64,000 nucleotides of DNA from Camelus ferus. Lineage: Eukaryota. Location of the stretch: contig NC_045697.1 in the NCBI RefSeq assembly GCF_009834535.1, positions 112,966,001 through 113,030,000 of the forward strand, given 5' to 3'. Under the pieces are notes generated by a model. It had not been told where the DNA came from and made no database searches. It worked only from the letters and a program-made list of their open reading frames with translations. Positions 28,001-41,600 of the stretch are shown here, piece after piece (position 1 is the stretch's first letter; each line of letters starts with the position of its first letter). Made by a program: the position numbers and the translations under genes.

Positions 28001-29380
28001 TCCAGGTAACAAAGAAGAGAACAGGAAGGAAAGGAGGAGGGGCAATCCCAGTAAATAGCCACTCACATCTTGTCGCTGGGATGCAGTCCCTGCCCATCTT
28101 TGCCAGGAAGGCTGGAAAGCGGCTTTAGCTGGTACAGTGCCAAGCCTCTTGGGCTTAGTCTGTTAACGAAGGAGGAGAGGAGTGCACACTCCTCCGAACC
28201 TCTCATCACGCCTCTGCCGCTTACGGAGACGAGGCCGCTGGGTCCAGAGAGACTGAGCGGCTTCACTGTGACTCAGAGCTGGTGGCAGAGCCAGGACTTT
28301 GTGAAGTGTGCTGTGTGCCCTCTTGTCATCAAATGAGTTGTTTGTCGGGGGGTGCACGTGTCAGGTGGGGTAAGGAAGGAGGGGGTCTTCTGAAGCTCTA
28401 AGGATTTTGCTTTAGAAAGACCGTAAGAATGTAAAGAATCAGGGATGACTGAAGTAATTACTTGTGACTGAAATAAGAGCATAGGGATGTGATTTTCCTA
28501 TAGAAATATGCAAAAAAGACACAAACCCTAACATGAGAATAAAGTGACAGATCCAGCTGTCAAGGCATCAAAACTTCGCTGGAGAGTCTATCTCTTCAAG
28601 TAAATAGTGGGCACATTTCCGCATAGAATCCCTGATTTCTGATTATAAAAATCACAGCCCTCCGCCTCTCGCAGACTGCGGCAGCAGCCCTCAACTGCCA
28701 GTGGGGTGTGACTCAGGGATGGTGACTGGGACAATGGCGGCAACAGAAAAGCGAGACTGCTCTGAAAAGGGGCTTCAGCTGTTTTCCCTCCCATCGCCTG
28801 GAGGATGAAATGCATCTTCTAGAGGAGCTGTGAACAGATGTTGACTCTTCCCCCGATATCACTCAGCCCATTCAAATTCTTGTTAAATTTGCACGTTCAT
28901 GAATGCAACACTGTTTCAGGTTACGTTTGAGTCCGAGAAGAGACTGTGCATCACTACTTATAACCTAGGACCACAGAGGAGTGGTGGGCAGAAACCTGAG
29001 CGGAGATGTTTTCTGAAAGCTGTATGAAATTGAAACTGTCCCCTTCATGTTACACACAAGGCAACTACAGGCTTGCAAACCTGAAATGACCTGGTGTAAT
29101 TCACCTGGAAATAGGAAAATCTTTTTGTTTTCATTTTAATATATTTTTAAGTAATTTTTAATATATTTTATATTTTTAATATATATATTTTATATAACAC
29201 CACAGGTTATGATTTTAGATCTTTTCAAACATGAAGACGTACTTGAATATTGTGGTGTCACCTAAAACTGCAGCTCTTTAACGTCTTCCCTCCAGTCACC
29301 ATCTAGCTCTGCCTGGGGTATGAATGCGAGCAGTTTCCCAGGTGGAGATTCAGTTTTGTGTGGTTCCTTTGTGATTGCAG

Positions 29381-29528
29381 TGGGAGAAGCTGCAGATGAC
29401 CACGAGCGAGAGGAGGAAGATATTCTGCTCTGTCACGTTCCACGTCATCGCCATCACCTGCGTGGTCTGGTCTTTGTACGTGCTGATAGATCGGACGGCG
29501 GAGGAAATCAAGCAAGGCAACGACAATG
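29381..29528 (+). CDS. MARCHF1: MARCHF1 penultimate coding exon (148 nt): [49 protein letters not shown](G); first transmembrane helix and luminal loop
   Basis: Translation matches the recalled MARCH1 sequence; acceptor ttcctttgtgattgcag| ends 29380; donor |gtaaga starts 29529; ends in phase 1, matching the next exon. Confidence 0.96.
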
Positions 29529-29541
29529 GTAAGAGCGTGTC

Positions 29542-29546
<5 letters not shown>

Positions 29547-29622
<76 letters not shown>
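29547..29622 (+). repeat. (TC)38 microsatellite 18 nt downstream of a MARCHF1 splice donor
   Basis: Uninterrupted TC run read directly. Confidence 0.97.
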
Positions 29623-29625
<3 letters not shown>

Positions 29626-32257
29626 GTCTACAAGGGTGCCTCGAGATGGGCAGGGGGGCTATTTCCCGGTGCGTGTAGGATGCACCAGCAAAACCCAGGA
29701 CTGGTGATGGAGTCTCCTCCAGTTTTGTTACTGATTAACACTCTGCTGTAAAACACTGAACATACGGGGACCCGCGCTGAGAAGCAAGATTTATCAAGTC
29801 CTTGTAAACACTAGCAGACAGATGTCAAACAGCACTTCAGGCTTTAGTGGCATCTGTGTATTTTAAAGGATACCCTATAGCCTGTAGGATAAGGATCAGG
29901 TTCTGCCTGATATGAAAAGGCAAACAGCTGTAAAAATGGAAGGTTTTCATTTTATTGAATTCACCTTAGTCATGGCTTCCTTTGAAGTGGTAAGGAGAGA
30001 GCCTGCTGTAGCTTATTAATTAGGACTCTGTAACCTGACGGAGTGGATGAACGCTGCAGGTTGAAAGTTTTGCCATGCTAAGTTTGGTAGTGAAGGATGG
30101 TGTCGAGTCCACAATGAAAGATGTTTTAAAATCATGAAGGCGCATTGTAGCATTTTAAATGGACAAGGCATTCAAGACAGAAGCAAAAGTAGCTTGTTTA
30201 TCGTCACTGCTGACGGTACCAGCTGTTTCTCATCAGGCCCTACCAGCCTCAGCGAACAGCCTCAACCACAGCTGGTGAACCGGTGAGGAACACTCCCCTG
30301 GCCTCTCCCTGGGGCGGGGGGATGTATATTACGTGAAAACCACTGGTGCATTTGGAGGGAGTTGTTGTTCAGATGGTAACAGTGTATGTTTGCTCAACCC
30401 TCAAAAAAAAGAAAATGAAAGAAAAAAAAAAAAAGATGAGAGGCAGTGAAGGAAAGAAGGGAGAGTCTTCAAAGGGAGGGGTTTGTTTCCTGTTTCTCCA
30501 TCTGGATTCACAAAGGCAGCGGGGAGAGCACCCCATTCTTGTCCCCCTGCCCCGGAGCAGAACCAAGCTGGGCTCAAAAGGACCAGGACTCCAGACCCAG
30601 TGGGATGTGGTTTATGTAGCCGGAGTGTGTGTGTGGCAGGGGGTTTGGGGTGGGCGGTGGGTGACGGCGTTGCAGACCCCGCTGTCCTCTCCTGGAAGGG
30701 AACGAAAGCACTGTGGCTAGAAAAACAGGTGTGTGGGGGGTTTAATTTTTGCATCAATATTAATTCATTTATGTACAATTTATACCAAACTATCTTGTTT
30801 ACAACTATACTATGCGTTGTTCCTGAGATGCTGGATTTTAAATGTCTATCACACCCCTACTAAACAAGTTTCTTCAGGATAGAAACTTTTTTTTTTTTCT
30901 AAGCCCACATCCCCTAGAGTTACAGGTACTGGCTCAAGCCACATAACACAAAGTACACCACAGACACTGCGATCGTGTGTCTACTGCAGAACAGAGGCGT
31001 CCCGCCACCTCCCCCCTCCCCACACCCAGCCTGCCACCTGCGGACTCCTGTTTCCTTGCAGTCCAGAGCAGACCTGGTGGCCACACTGTCTGTCTCCATG
31101 TCCAGTCCAGCATTCCGTGTCTAAGGATCATGAACTTGCCCCGGCGCAGGAGTGCCCTCTCCCGGTGGCCGCCCCGCCTGGATCAGGCTGTCCCAGCCTG
31201 CAGGGCCCCTCTGTTCCCTCTCCCGGCACAGGCGAGGGAAAAGAAGGTGAAGGCACCCCTCCCTCCCCAACAGAACCACAGGAAGCAACCTCACATGGTC
31301 CATGGGCAGGCGGTGCAGAACCTCTCTCTTATTTAGCCAATCCCACTTCTGACACGTGCGTGAACAACACTCATTTATCCTACAGTGGACGTGACTGTCT
31401 CAGCTGCAGCCAAGTCTCTCCAGAACCCGAGAAACCCACAGACCCAACCTCCTTCCACACCCTCCCCCCGACCCTGGTTCTACCAGGGCAAACGTATGTC
31501 TTCAGATGTCATTTCTGTGATGGCAAGCTGCCCCCCACATTCACCTCTGGCTCCTCCTGCACCCCAGTCGCACCTCCACCTACCTCCGGAACCTTCCCAC
31601 GTAGAGGTCTGTCAGGCACTCAAACTCAGTGTCCAGTCCATAACCTACCATCACCTCCCACTCCAACACCTGCAGGAAAGGCACTGCTAACCCCCGTGAC
31701 CCAATCCAACCCAGCTTCCATCCCGCATACCCCAGCCCACCCACGTCCACCTACGTCAATCACATGGTATTCGGTCTGCCGCACACACGTCTGGAACCCC
31801 TCCCCACTGCCACCTGCCGTGTGCACACTGTCACAACTTCTACTCAAAAACGGCAACTGCTCCTTAATTTTAGGCTTCCTCCAGTTTCGCCCACCTTCGA
31901 CCCACAACCAATAATGCTGTCGCAGCAAATTTACAAACACACATCTGACCGCATTCTGTCCCTATGTACTCATCATTCTTGAAATGACTCTGTATGGGGG
32001 CCCTGCTGACCCCATCACCTGCGGCTGGCTCTGCTGAGCATCCCTTCAGCCCCCAAATTTGCTTCTAGACCCTGCTCGGCTTTTCTGTACGTGAACATTT
32101 CCTCCCAGCTGCTCGTGTGCACCTCTGCATACTCCTCACACAAACATGTTACATCACACACCTCCCCGACCCCACTCAGCCTTCACACTTGACCTTGAAC
32201 ATCACTCCCTCCAGGAAACCTAGCTCAGCTCCCTGAGCCAGAAGGACTTGCCACCTC

Positions 32258-32420
32258 AATGGCTCCCAAACCAGCAGCATCTGCATCACCTGGGCACTTG
32301 TCGGAAATGCAGACCCTTGGCCTCTCCCCAGCTCAGACCTGTGAATCAGAGGCCCTGGGGTGGGGCCCAGCACTGGGAGTGGAAGCAGCCAGCAGGTGAC
32401 CCCCACGCCCTCTCAGAGAG
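32258..32420. mobile_element. MER5A-like hAT element
   Basis: accagcagcatctgcatcacctggg...gaaatgcaga...gaatcagag...tggggtggggcccagca. Confidence 0.7.
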
Positions 32421-32502
32421 CACATGCTCATCCTGCACTCTCCCCACCTTTGATCACCCAGAGAATCACCTGTGCAGTTTCGACACCACTACAAAGCCTG
32501 GG

Positions 32503-32625
32503 TTTTTATTTATTCTTTTAGAGATATTAATACTTTGATTTATTTTTCAGTGGAGGTCCTGGGGATTGAACCCAGGGCCTCACGCATGCTAAGCATGCGC
32601 TCTACCCCTGAGCTGTACACCACCA
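32503..32625 (-). mobile_element. tRNA-derived SINE (camelid Vic-1-like)
   Basis: tggaggtcctggggattgaacccagggcctcacgcatgctaagcatgcgctctacccctgagct is the reverse complement of the SINE head. Confidence 0.85.
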
Positions 32626-35600
32626 CCCCTGCCCAGCCCCATCCCGAGGTTTAGGGTTAATTAGCCCTTACTCAGTTGTTGTGCAGTCATGCTGAGCAGC
32701 TCTGCCCTACCAGGAATAGTATCAGGCGTTACTGTAATTGCTCATTTAATTGTCCATCTCCCTCACGAGCAGACGGGGCTCAGAGCAGGGCCGGCCGTGC
32801 CTGTCGGGTTCAGCAGCACATCCCTGGCGCCGAGCCAAGTGTCCGGGACCCAGCAAGGGGCTCAGTCAGTGTGGAAGGAGTGGCACGATCTTTTCCACCT
32901 TTACTGTTCTTCTAGACTTGTTCTTCAGAGTATTTTTTCCTTTCTCAGTTTTGGGTGGATACAGGATTTCAGACCACAGTCCCCAATGTACTGTCGCTCA
33001 GGTTCCTAGTCACAGTTCCCAACAGAAGCCTGAATGACAAAGGCGAGCTTTCTGACGTCTCTGTCTACATCTCCCTCCCTCTCTCTCTCTTATCTTTCCA
33101 TGTGTCTAGACACACAGTATATAGGGTCAACTTTCTACCATATATTTTTACAAATTATTTTCAGTTTCTTGAAAGCAAGTGAAGGTGAGGTAACTTTCAT
33201 CTTTGGTGTTCAGAGCCCCTGAGTTAGGAAGCACGATCTCTATCAAGAAGTGGTCCCGGGGCTGTTCCTACAGCCCCTTGCAGGTGGGACAAATCCAGAC
33301 TTGGGTAACGTCAAATGGGACCGTGGTGACTTTCGTGGAAGTTTTTTCGGTAAAAGTCTCCCTGTGCTTATGTTCGGATTGTCTTTAACACCTGACTGCC
33401 CACAGCGCACATCTCTGGGAAGCGGGGGCATCTGTCTGAGTTGTCATTGTCACCCTCCTTTGGCATTGGAACTGCGAGAGCAGACCCTGAACTTGCTTTT
33501 AAAGTTTTTGGGAAAAAAACTGCATAATTTAAAAGTCAAAATATTTTAAATGCATCTTGAAAACCTTCAGAAACATTTGAGAAGGAAATTGCCATTCTTT
33601 AACCAGAGTGGAGGTTGAATATAAAACAGCCACATCTTCTGAGCTGTAATAACTGTAGGAAAAAGTCCTTGGTATGTTTTTCACCGGCTGTCCTTTCAGA
33701 TTAAATATGCGTCATGCCCCACATCCCTCTCGTTCTGTTACCTGTGATGACAAAACAAAAGACAAATGCGTGGCTCTTAAAACTTTAACACCCTAAATTA
33801 CCCATGTTGCCAACTCTAACTAGGGGCAGAGGGGGCAAGGGGGCAAGGGGGGTAATCACTCCTCCTGCCTTATCTTTACATATTCTGGCAGAATGCTCCG
33901 GGACACCCTGCGGGTTGAAATCAAATCATAAAAATACAGACCAAGAAAATGGAACAATTCCTCCTGTCTATTAAAGAGGCTGTAGGCGCAGATGTTAAGG
34001 CTGTCCCAGGGCCATTTAAATGAATTCACCACGAGGACCAGCACAGCAAGTTGATTCTGTTCCCGTCTGACTCCCTCGAGGGCCTCAGAGCACGTCCAGG
34101 GCTGGGCAGCCCTGCTGGACGTTGAAGTGGGCCTAGGGAGTGTGTTAAAAATCACTTCCCTGCGATCCACAGAATACTTTCCTTTTCAGCACTGTTGGAT
34201 AAGCATTCCTTTTTTTAACGTAACTGCATGCGCTGTTATTGTTCACAATCCAAACGTGGTAAGCACCAACCCCGCTAGAGGTCAGGGGTTGGGGGTCTGC
34301 TTCTGCCTTGGTCGTGGGCCAGATACCTTGAGTAGATAACTAATCACCTTGCAGCTCGCTTTTCTCATTTTCTCTAAGTTGGACTGAACATCCTTCAAGG
34401 TTTCTTTCTATGATTCATTTTTCAAATACACCATGAACATGACCTCACATCAGAGAAACTGAAGCGCTGGGTTATACAGATGCTGCGCGTGTATCGTCCG
34501 TGTTCACGCAGTGACTGTTACTCTTAGAACTAGTTAAGGAAGAGGTTGTTAATATGTTATATGGGGCTATCTCACTGCGCAAAATCTCTATTTTTGAAGG
34601 AAACAGGCCTTGAGAAGCCACTGACAACAATAAGGGAGATCCAAGTAAGGTCTGATCTGCAACGAAATTGTAGGCAAGTCTGAATCCTTTAGGATTTGGG
34701 TATTTCTTAGCCAGGGAAAGGGGGGTTTCTGGGTGAAAATGAGGAAATAGTGACCATAAAGGAGATGACAGAGCTGGTGGACGTGGTCCTGTTGGTGGAC
34801 TCGAGCCTCGGGTTCCTGAGGGGAAGGCCCTTTTCCCCAGCCCGTGTCTCCTGACTCAGACTCAATGGAGGGGGCCTTGAGGAAGATGGGCGGGGAGGTT
34901 ATTTGAAAAAAAAAATTGCAAACTTTACTTTCGTTCATGTTTACCTTTTCGTTCAAGCTCTACAAAGCTACTTTTACCAGAACTTCCTCTTTTCCCTCTG
35001 GCTCCTTAGAAAAATCCTGCCTAGATGCAGACTCCCCAAAGCCTACGATGAACTGAATGGCCCGCCTGCCTGCTTTGTCTAAAGGGCTTTCACTCGCTGT
35101 CTAAACAGACATCTCTTTACAAACCGTGTCCTGCTTTCTGTGGTTTTGGAAGGACTGCACTTTCGGGCAGATAGAACATAGCACTTAAGATTCACCTAGC
35201 GCTAAGTCGTGAAGTCTTCCATAGCACATCACTAGACCAGCCTACAGACCATCGGAAGCCTTTCCTGGAAAACCTCTTCGTGTGCCGACTGTCTTGGGAT
35301 GGCCTGGAAGCTGCTGCAGCCCTCAAGTACCACGTCACACAGAGGCGATCAGACGAAGGGGGTCTGGAAGATGTTATTTTAACTGTCTGCTGAGGCTGCT
35401 TGAGAATTTACTGCCCATTCTTGTGAGGCTGGCATGACGATATGGAAAGTGAATGAATCAATTATATTCATCTATTATGAGGGACAAGAGAAGATCCCCA
35501 TTTCCTTAGAAAATGACGGCTGACCAGAGTATCTGCTCCTCCAGTTCCTGTCCAGCAATTTCCAAGCATCGTCTGTTTCCTGCCCACGGTTAGGAGGTAG

Positions 35601-38378
35601 GTGTGGGCAGAGTTTCTTCCTAAACCTGCAGAAACTCCTGAAGGAAGACCCCCGGCACAAAGGCAGAGGTAGAGAAGAGAAGTCTATAGAGAAGAGAAGA
35701 GATGGTTGCACTGCCTGAAGTTGGATTTTCCAAACTCCCCTTTCGAACTGGCAAGCAGAGACAACTTTGTGCTCTTGGCATTTCCAAGGTCAGGCTCCAG
35801 CTTCAAGTATACACGAGTGAGAACAGAGAACTCCTTGGCTCATGCAAGGGGCCCGCGGGGAGCCGGCCCCGTGCCGTCTTCACTGCCTCCCGGGGCTCAT
35901 TCTCGCTCCATCACAGAACTGACTAGCCCTGCACAACGGAGCATGAAGACCACGCGCTCAGTCTAATGAAAGGAAGCAAACGCATCTCACCAAGGAAAGC
36001 GACCTTGCAGAGCCCACTTAGCCTCATTTTGGCACCTCCTCTCAAGATGTCCTGATGGTGAGCTTCCCGAGGTAAAATCTTTAACTGCTCAATGATAATT
36101 TCTATAAAGAAAACAAACATCCTGTCCACTAGGAAAAAGGCAAAGAGAAAGACCAGGCTGTCTTTGGAAGACGGTCCTCTGGACAGTGGGTTTGTACCCG
36201 AGTGGCCTTCGGCTGTGGGGTGGGGGGTACCCTCCAGTCTAAACTTCGTCTAGGGAAACAGCAGGCGCTTGGACTCCCCAAGAACGCAGCAAGGAGGACT
36301 GACTTGAGTAGAGAAGACGGACTCAGACACCCTGTGAAAGGAGGCAGGGGAGCAGTCTCCTGGAACTGGAGGAGAAAAAGGCAGCTGGCGACTCCCGGCC
36401 CGGATTCTCCGGTATTTTCGTGGTTTCTGGTCACTGTCTCGAAGGAGGGGTGGGGCAAGGGTGGGGTCTTCTTCAGGCTGTCCCAGGGAAGTGCAGTTCC
36501 ACTGACAAGTCAACGAAGGCTGTCCTGTCTGGTTATGCTGAAAAGACTGAGGCAGCACAATCCAAGTCAGACTTTTAAAAAGCTTTTACTCATCTTTGAA
36601 ATATGTACTGAGCCAGGCACTGTGGGAAACAAAGACCAAGCAGACGCAGACTGCGCTTGTCAGGATCACGGCAGAGCAGAGCAGAAATCACTGATGGTAC
36701 AGCGAACTCGCGCCACAAGTGTAAGAAGTCACGTGAAACTGGGGCGAGTGGAAAAGCTTATTTCCAGCAGGAAAGTACTTCTGAGTCAGGTTTTATGGGA
36801 CAGGCAGACACGCAGAAACAGAGAAGCAAAATCCCAGGCAAGTATCGTGGGCAAAGGTTCAGGAAGAGATCTCCAGGCACTTACAGAACAGTCGGCAGCC
36901 CGAGGTTGCAGCCCGAGGGGAACGGGAGCCATAATCCGTGGGGATCAACCTAAAAATGGATGCTAACCACACTTCATCTCCAGCTTGTCTGTTGTTAAAA
37001 TCCTCCTAAACAAGGAGAAATTACTGCTCAACTGAACAGCCAAGAGTAAAAAGCCTTCTGAATTTGGAGAACTCCAAGATGTCTAATTTGAGTCCTCCCT
37101 GCAGAGTCCCCAGTAAAGCTCACGTGGTGGCCTTCTGTGACAGGGCTTGTCGGCCTCGGCACCACTGACACCGCGGACCGGTAGCTCCTGGTCGGGGGTG
37201 CTGTCCTACACCCGGAAGGGTGTCCACAAGCCGCATCACAGGCCTCGATCTCCTGAGTCAGCAGCACCCCACCCAGTCAGGAACTGCCCAATGTGGCCCC
37301 AGGAACACAGCCGCCCCCAGCTGAGAACCGCTGGTCCTCAGTGGGTCAGGCCTGTTCTTGCAAGACAGGACGAGGGAGCCAGGGAAGCCCTCTAACACAA
37401 GGCAAACAGGGCGGAGTGTTTTGCTTCCAGGAGCATAAAGTAAATGTCACTATTACAAAATGTGGGTAGGATGTTTCTTTCTTTCTACTCTATTCACTAT
37501 TTTAAGAAAAAGTAAATAAAACCCACAGTAGAATCACTGATTCCCCTAAACTCCAACCCACCCTCCTCTTTTACGTGACAGCCTGTCACGTGAACAAAGG
37601 CAGCCATGTCCTCCACGCCACCCCGACGCTGGCAGGAGGTGGACTCGTCAGCGTCACGTACTTAACTGTGTGATTACGCGCGGCCTCACTACTGTTGTAC
37701 TTACATAATCTCTCGTGAAATGAATAGTTTTAAAAACTGTTTGTAAAAGAAAGTCCATTTCTAGTCATGGTGATGGAAATTAAGATGGAGAATGTCTAAG
37801 AGATGGTTCTCAGTAACAAAATAGATTTATAAAACAGATGGCATCCTAAATCGCGTGCTCGTCTGAACTCAGGAATTCTTTCTCTCTGGTGAGATGTGGC
37901 AGCTTTTTTTCTTCTTTTAATTTTAAAGGTAATGACGGCGTGGTGGGGGGCCTGTGGGTCCCACACATGCACCTGTTCACTTTACCTTCTTAAAAGGATC
38001 TTAACATCTGATTCTTTCACTCGGTATGTTCACTATTCTTCCTTAAGAGATTTAGCTGTCAGGAATCAATGTCGAAGCCGGTCAGTCTCACGTGGTATCT
38101 GATGAGCACAGTAGGTCCTCGGTGCTAAGAGGCATGAGAGATGTGGTTGGAGCAGCAGGCGAGAGAACTTCTTCCTGTACAGTGTTGACAATACCTCTAG
38201 AATATCTGCAAGCAATTCAGCAGTTCAGGTTCTAATTTTTACTAGTTAAGAATTATTTATTCCTTATCTGTGAAATTCAGCAGGCAGGTGTGGTACTTTG
38301 ATGGAAATATAGGGGGAAAAAAAACCACCAAACCATTGATGAAAACTTGGTGATAACGTTCTCCCTTGTCTTTCAAAG

Positions 38379-38674
38379 GTGTCCTTGAATGGCCATTTTG
38401 GACAAAACTGGTTGTGGTGGCCATTGGCTTCACAGGAGGGCTGGTCTTCATGTACGTACAGTGCAAAGTCTACGTCCAGCTGTGGCGCAGGCTGAAGGCC
38501 TACAACCGCGTCATCTTTGTGCAGAACTGCCCAGACACGGCCAAGAGGCTGGACAAGAACTCGTGCACCGTGAACACGGACGCCAAGGAGGCCGGGGTCG
38601 TGCCTGTGTCACAAACGGGAACCAACTCACTGCCATCTGCGGAGGGCGGCCCCCCGGAAGTCATACCGGTGTGA
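38379..38674 (+). CDS. MARCHF1: MARCHF1 last coding exon: (G)[53 protein letters not shown]...[10 protein letters not shown]; second transmembrane helix and cytoplasmic tail
   Basis: Acceptor ctcccttgtctttcaaag| ends 38378; G|GT rebuilds Gly in frame; TGA at 38672-38674; the C-terminus resembles recalled MARCH1 rather than MARCH8; adjacency to TMA16 fits recalled synteny. Confidence 0.96.
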
Positions 38675-41600
38675 CGGGGCCGGCCGGGACTGCGTCCCTG
38701 AGAGCACGGTCTGGCCCTCGGCTACCACAGTTGACAGCCGTGATCCTGAGCTCGTCACCCTCTCTCTCTCCTCTCCTCTCTCTGACTCATTTGTCCTTAC
38801 TTTGCTCAAAAAGGAAAGGAGAGGAACCAAGTGACCAGGATCCCACGAAGCAGTTACCAAGTGTGAACGGGAAACTTGGCAGGTCTGCTGGCAAATGACT
38901 TCTGACACAATTAATCAAGAACCACTAGCACAAGGGACGCTTTTAGGAAAGGAGGAGACTAAGTGGACAGACCCGAGTCTTCACAGCGCAGGGAGAGTTC
39001 ACGAGGACAGACTAGAACCGCAACGTCGGTTTCTTCTAGGGCCCCGTACTGTTAACTATCTCATCTGGGAATAACAAACACATTTGGTTTTCAGCTTGAA
39101 ACTGTCTGCACTATCCCTGAGGCACATCAGAAGCAAACTTGGAAGACGTGCATTTTGATACTCACACTTTTGACAGCTAACAGGTTTTACGGCTATAGTG
39201 GAGTCCAGTTGTTCTGACAGACGCATGTTTTTAAAATAGATGCAATACACACTTGGAAGATGTCAGTACTTGGAATTATGTTTAAATCAGCAACGGTAGA
39301 TTTTTCAGAGATTTTTGGGTTCAGTTAGCTCTGTTAAATACCCACGGAAGTCCTGCACTTCACCTAGTCTCTCTAAACCAGTGCTATCAGACAGAAATAT
39401 TATGTGACCCACAAATGCAGGGCCACATGTGCAAATTAAATATTTTCTAGTAGCCCCACTAGAAAAAGTAAAAACAGGTGGAATTAATTTTGATACTATA
39501 TTTTATTTAACACTATATACCCAAGTTATCCTTTAATTATCAATGTAAAAATTATTGAGATATTTTACGTCTTATTTTATGAACCAAGTCCTCAAAATCT
39601 AGTATGTATTTTGTCCTTACAGCGTATCTCAATTCAAATTAACCACACTGGATGGTGCAGCCCAAAAATCAGAGACAGAGCCTCTGCTTCGTCTAATGGT
39701 TGACTACTTCAAAACGGCAGCTTAATTCATCTTAAATTCAAAATATCACAAATGTTATGATTTTACAGAGCATTAAATTAATCAAATCAAATATCCTGGT
39801 TGACGAGTTAGATGAAGTTACTGTTTCTCTGAAGAGTGAAAAAACAAAAGGTACAAAGCAATCGGCCTGTGGCAAAGTTCTGAAATTAACTTATTTGCTA
39901 CTATGAGGCACTTATGATAGGGAGAATAAAAATTAAATATTTTTAAGTCAAACGTACTGTTTTTTAATCCACATAAGGCATGAAATTGATGGATGAGTAG
40001 TCATGACCAAGCATTCAGACTTCACTTTAAAAATCCGACAGTATTTATTTCCTTTGCTCATCTGGGAAGCAAAAACATTCAACAGACTCTGTGATAATAA
40101 ATTGAGTTGTTTAGGTTTGACAGTTCAGTCGATTATTGTATTCTTTGCATATCCATGTAAAACTGAAGTGTGAGTAATATTGCAGTGAGCTGGATTAATG
40201 ATTATAAATATAGTGACCTGTCAAAGAAAGATGTCTTACGTATAACAAGGTGATTTACTTTTGTTAGCTGTCCTATTTATTATTGTGAAAAGGCGACCAC
40301 GATGGACACAGAACCAAAGCCTGGGTATCGCACTGCACAAATCTGGGGATCACACTGATGCACTTTGTAACTGAGGGTGCTTGTTCTTCACAGGTATCAT
40401 AGGAAAAAGGAAAAAGAAATTACCTTCCACTGAGGAGAAAGAGGCTACAGCATTAGTAGTGGCTGACACTGAATCCCAGTAGTCCCAGTTCCTAGAAATA
40501 AAGCAAAGGTCAACAGCGTGAACTGTGTGTGTGTTGGGGGGGGTGGGGGGAGCATGTGTGTGTGTGTGTGTTCCTGTATATACACGAGAAAGACGTCAAG
40601 GTGTTCAGTCAGGCAGGAAACAAAAGTTTAAAACCCATCTTCCTTAAAACTTGTTGTAGAAACACGGACTGAAGGCACAGGAAAAACTAGGTTGAGGTAA
40701 CTAAACTGGACCAAAATTTCTGCACATAATGGTGTAATAAAAAGTATTACGAACCTTAAACAAACTACACTTTGTATGAACTTCTTTCATTTCCATTCTC
40801 AAGGTTTAAAGATAAATACACTGATGGATCACGAAGCTTTGGGTGATGGAACCTTGGAACCTCACCCAAGGGACTGACCATGACTCATTTTTTTCTGACA
40901 ATTTTCCCAAGCATTTTCCTAACCCATTTTTCTTGAGGTTCAGCAATGGCGACATGTGTTTACAAACATTCCCCAGGGAACAAAGTCTAGTCACCAGCAA
41001 AAAAACATTGACTTCCATTTTGTTTGCTCTGTAAGGAAAAGGATTATTTATCTGAATTACACCAAAAATACGATTTAAATTCTGTACAAACCTTAGCATA
41101 GCTCATTTCACAGCAGGAGATGACCGGCTAAAATCAGGCCTCATTTATTAAGGGATACACTGAACACTAAGAAGTTCTAGGATGAAAAATAAAAACATGC
41201 ATTACTGTCTTAATAAAAGATGATACCTAAATTCTCAAAATTAACTTGAATGGGCTTTGACTTTCTGGAAATGAGGAAATAATACAGCTCCCTAAGAGAT
41301 TAAAAACTCAGCATTATTCTGCCCTTCCTCTCACTTTTTTAAATCCTAAACTCCTGAATTTAAATATGTAAAAGGTTTTCCTGCAATGGCTGCTCATGGT
41401 TCAAACAATATGAAATAACTATGTATGTTTAAAACTTGATGTTGATCATTTTCTTTTATATTCTGTGTGGCAACAGTACAGTGAACGGGCTTGGCTCTGA
41501 AAGAGCTTTTGTGGACTGGATATGCCTTTCGAAAAAGAAAAACTTCTCTCCGGAATGACAGTATTTTGAAGCACATTTTCTTGCTCATCTAAGAAATAAA

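Noticed and set aside
1..29380. Upstream MARCHF1 RING-CH exon (expected to end ...KPLRK)
   Set aside because: No matching coding sequence found by eye or in the ORF track; presumably upstream of the window.
31117..31914. 265-aa Pro/Thr-rich ORF
   Set aside because: GTG start, C-rich low-complexity intron sequence, no recognisable domain or exon structure; likely a chance ORF.
36202..36966. 254-aa ORF in the last MARCHF1 intron
   Set aside because: Non-ATG start and no recognisable similarity; GC-rich sequence gives long stop-free frames.
38389..38898. 169-aa ATG-initiated ORF overlapping the MARCHF1 last exon
   Set aside because: Shadow frame of a GC3-rich exon; no independent promoter or similarity evidence.
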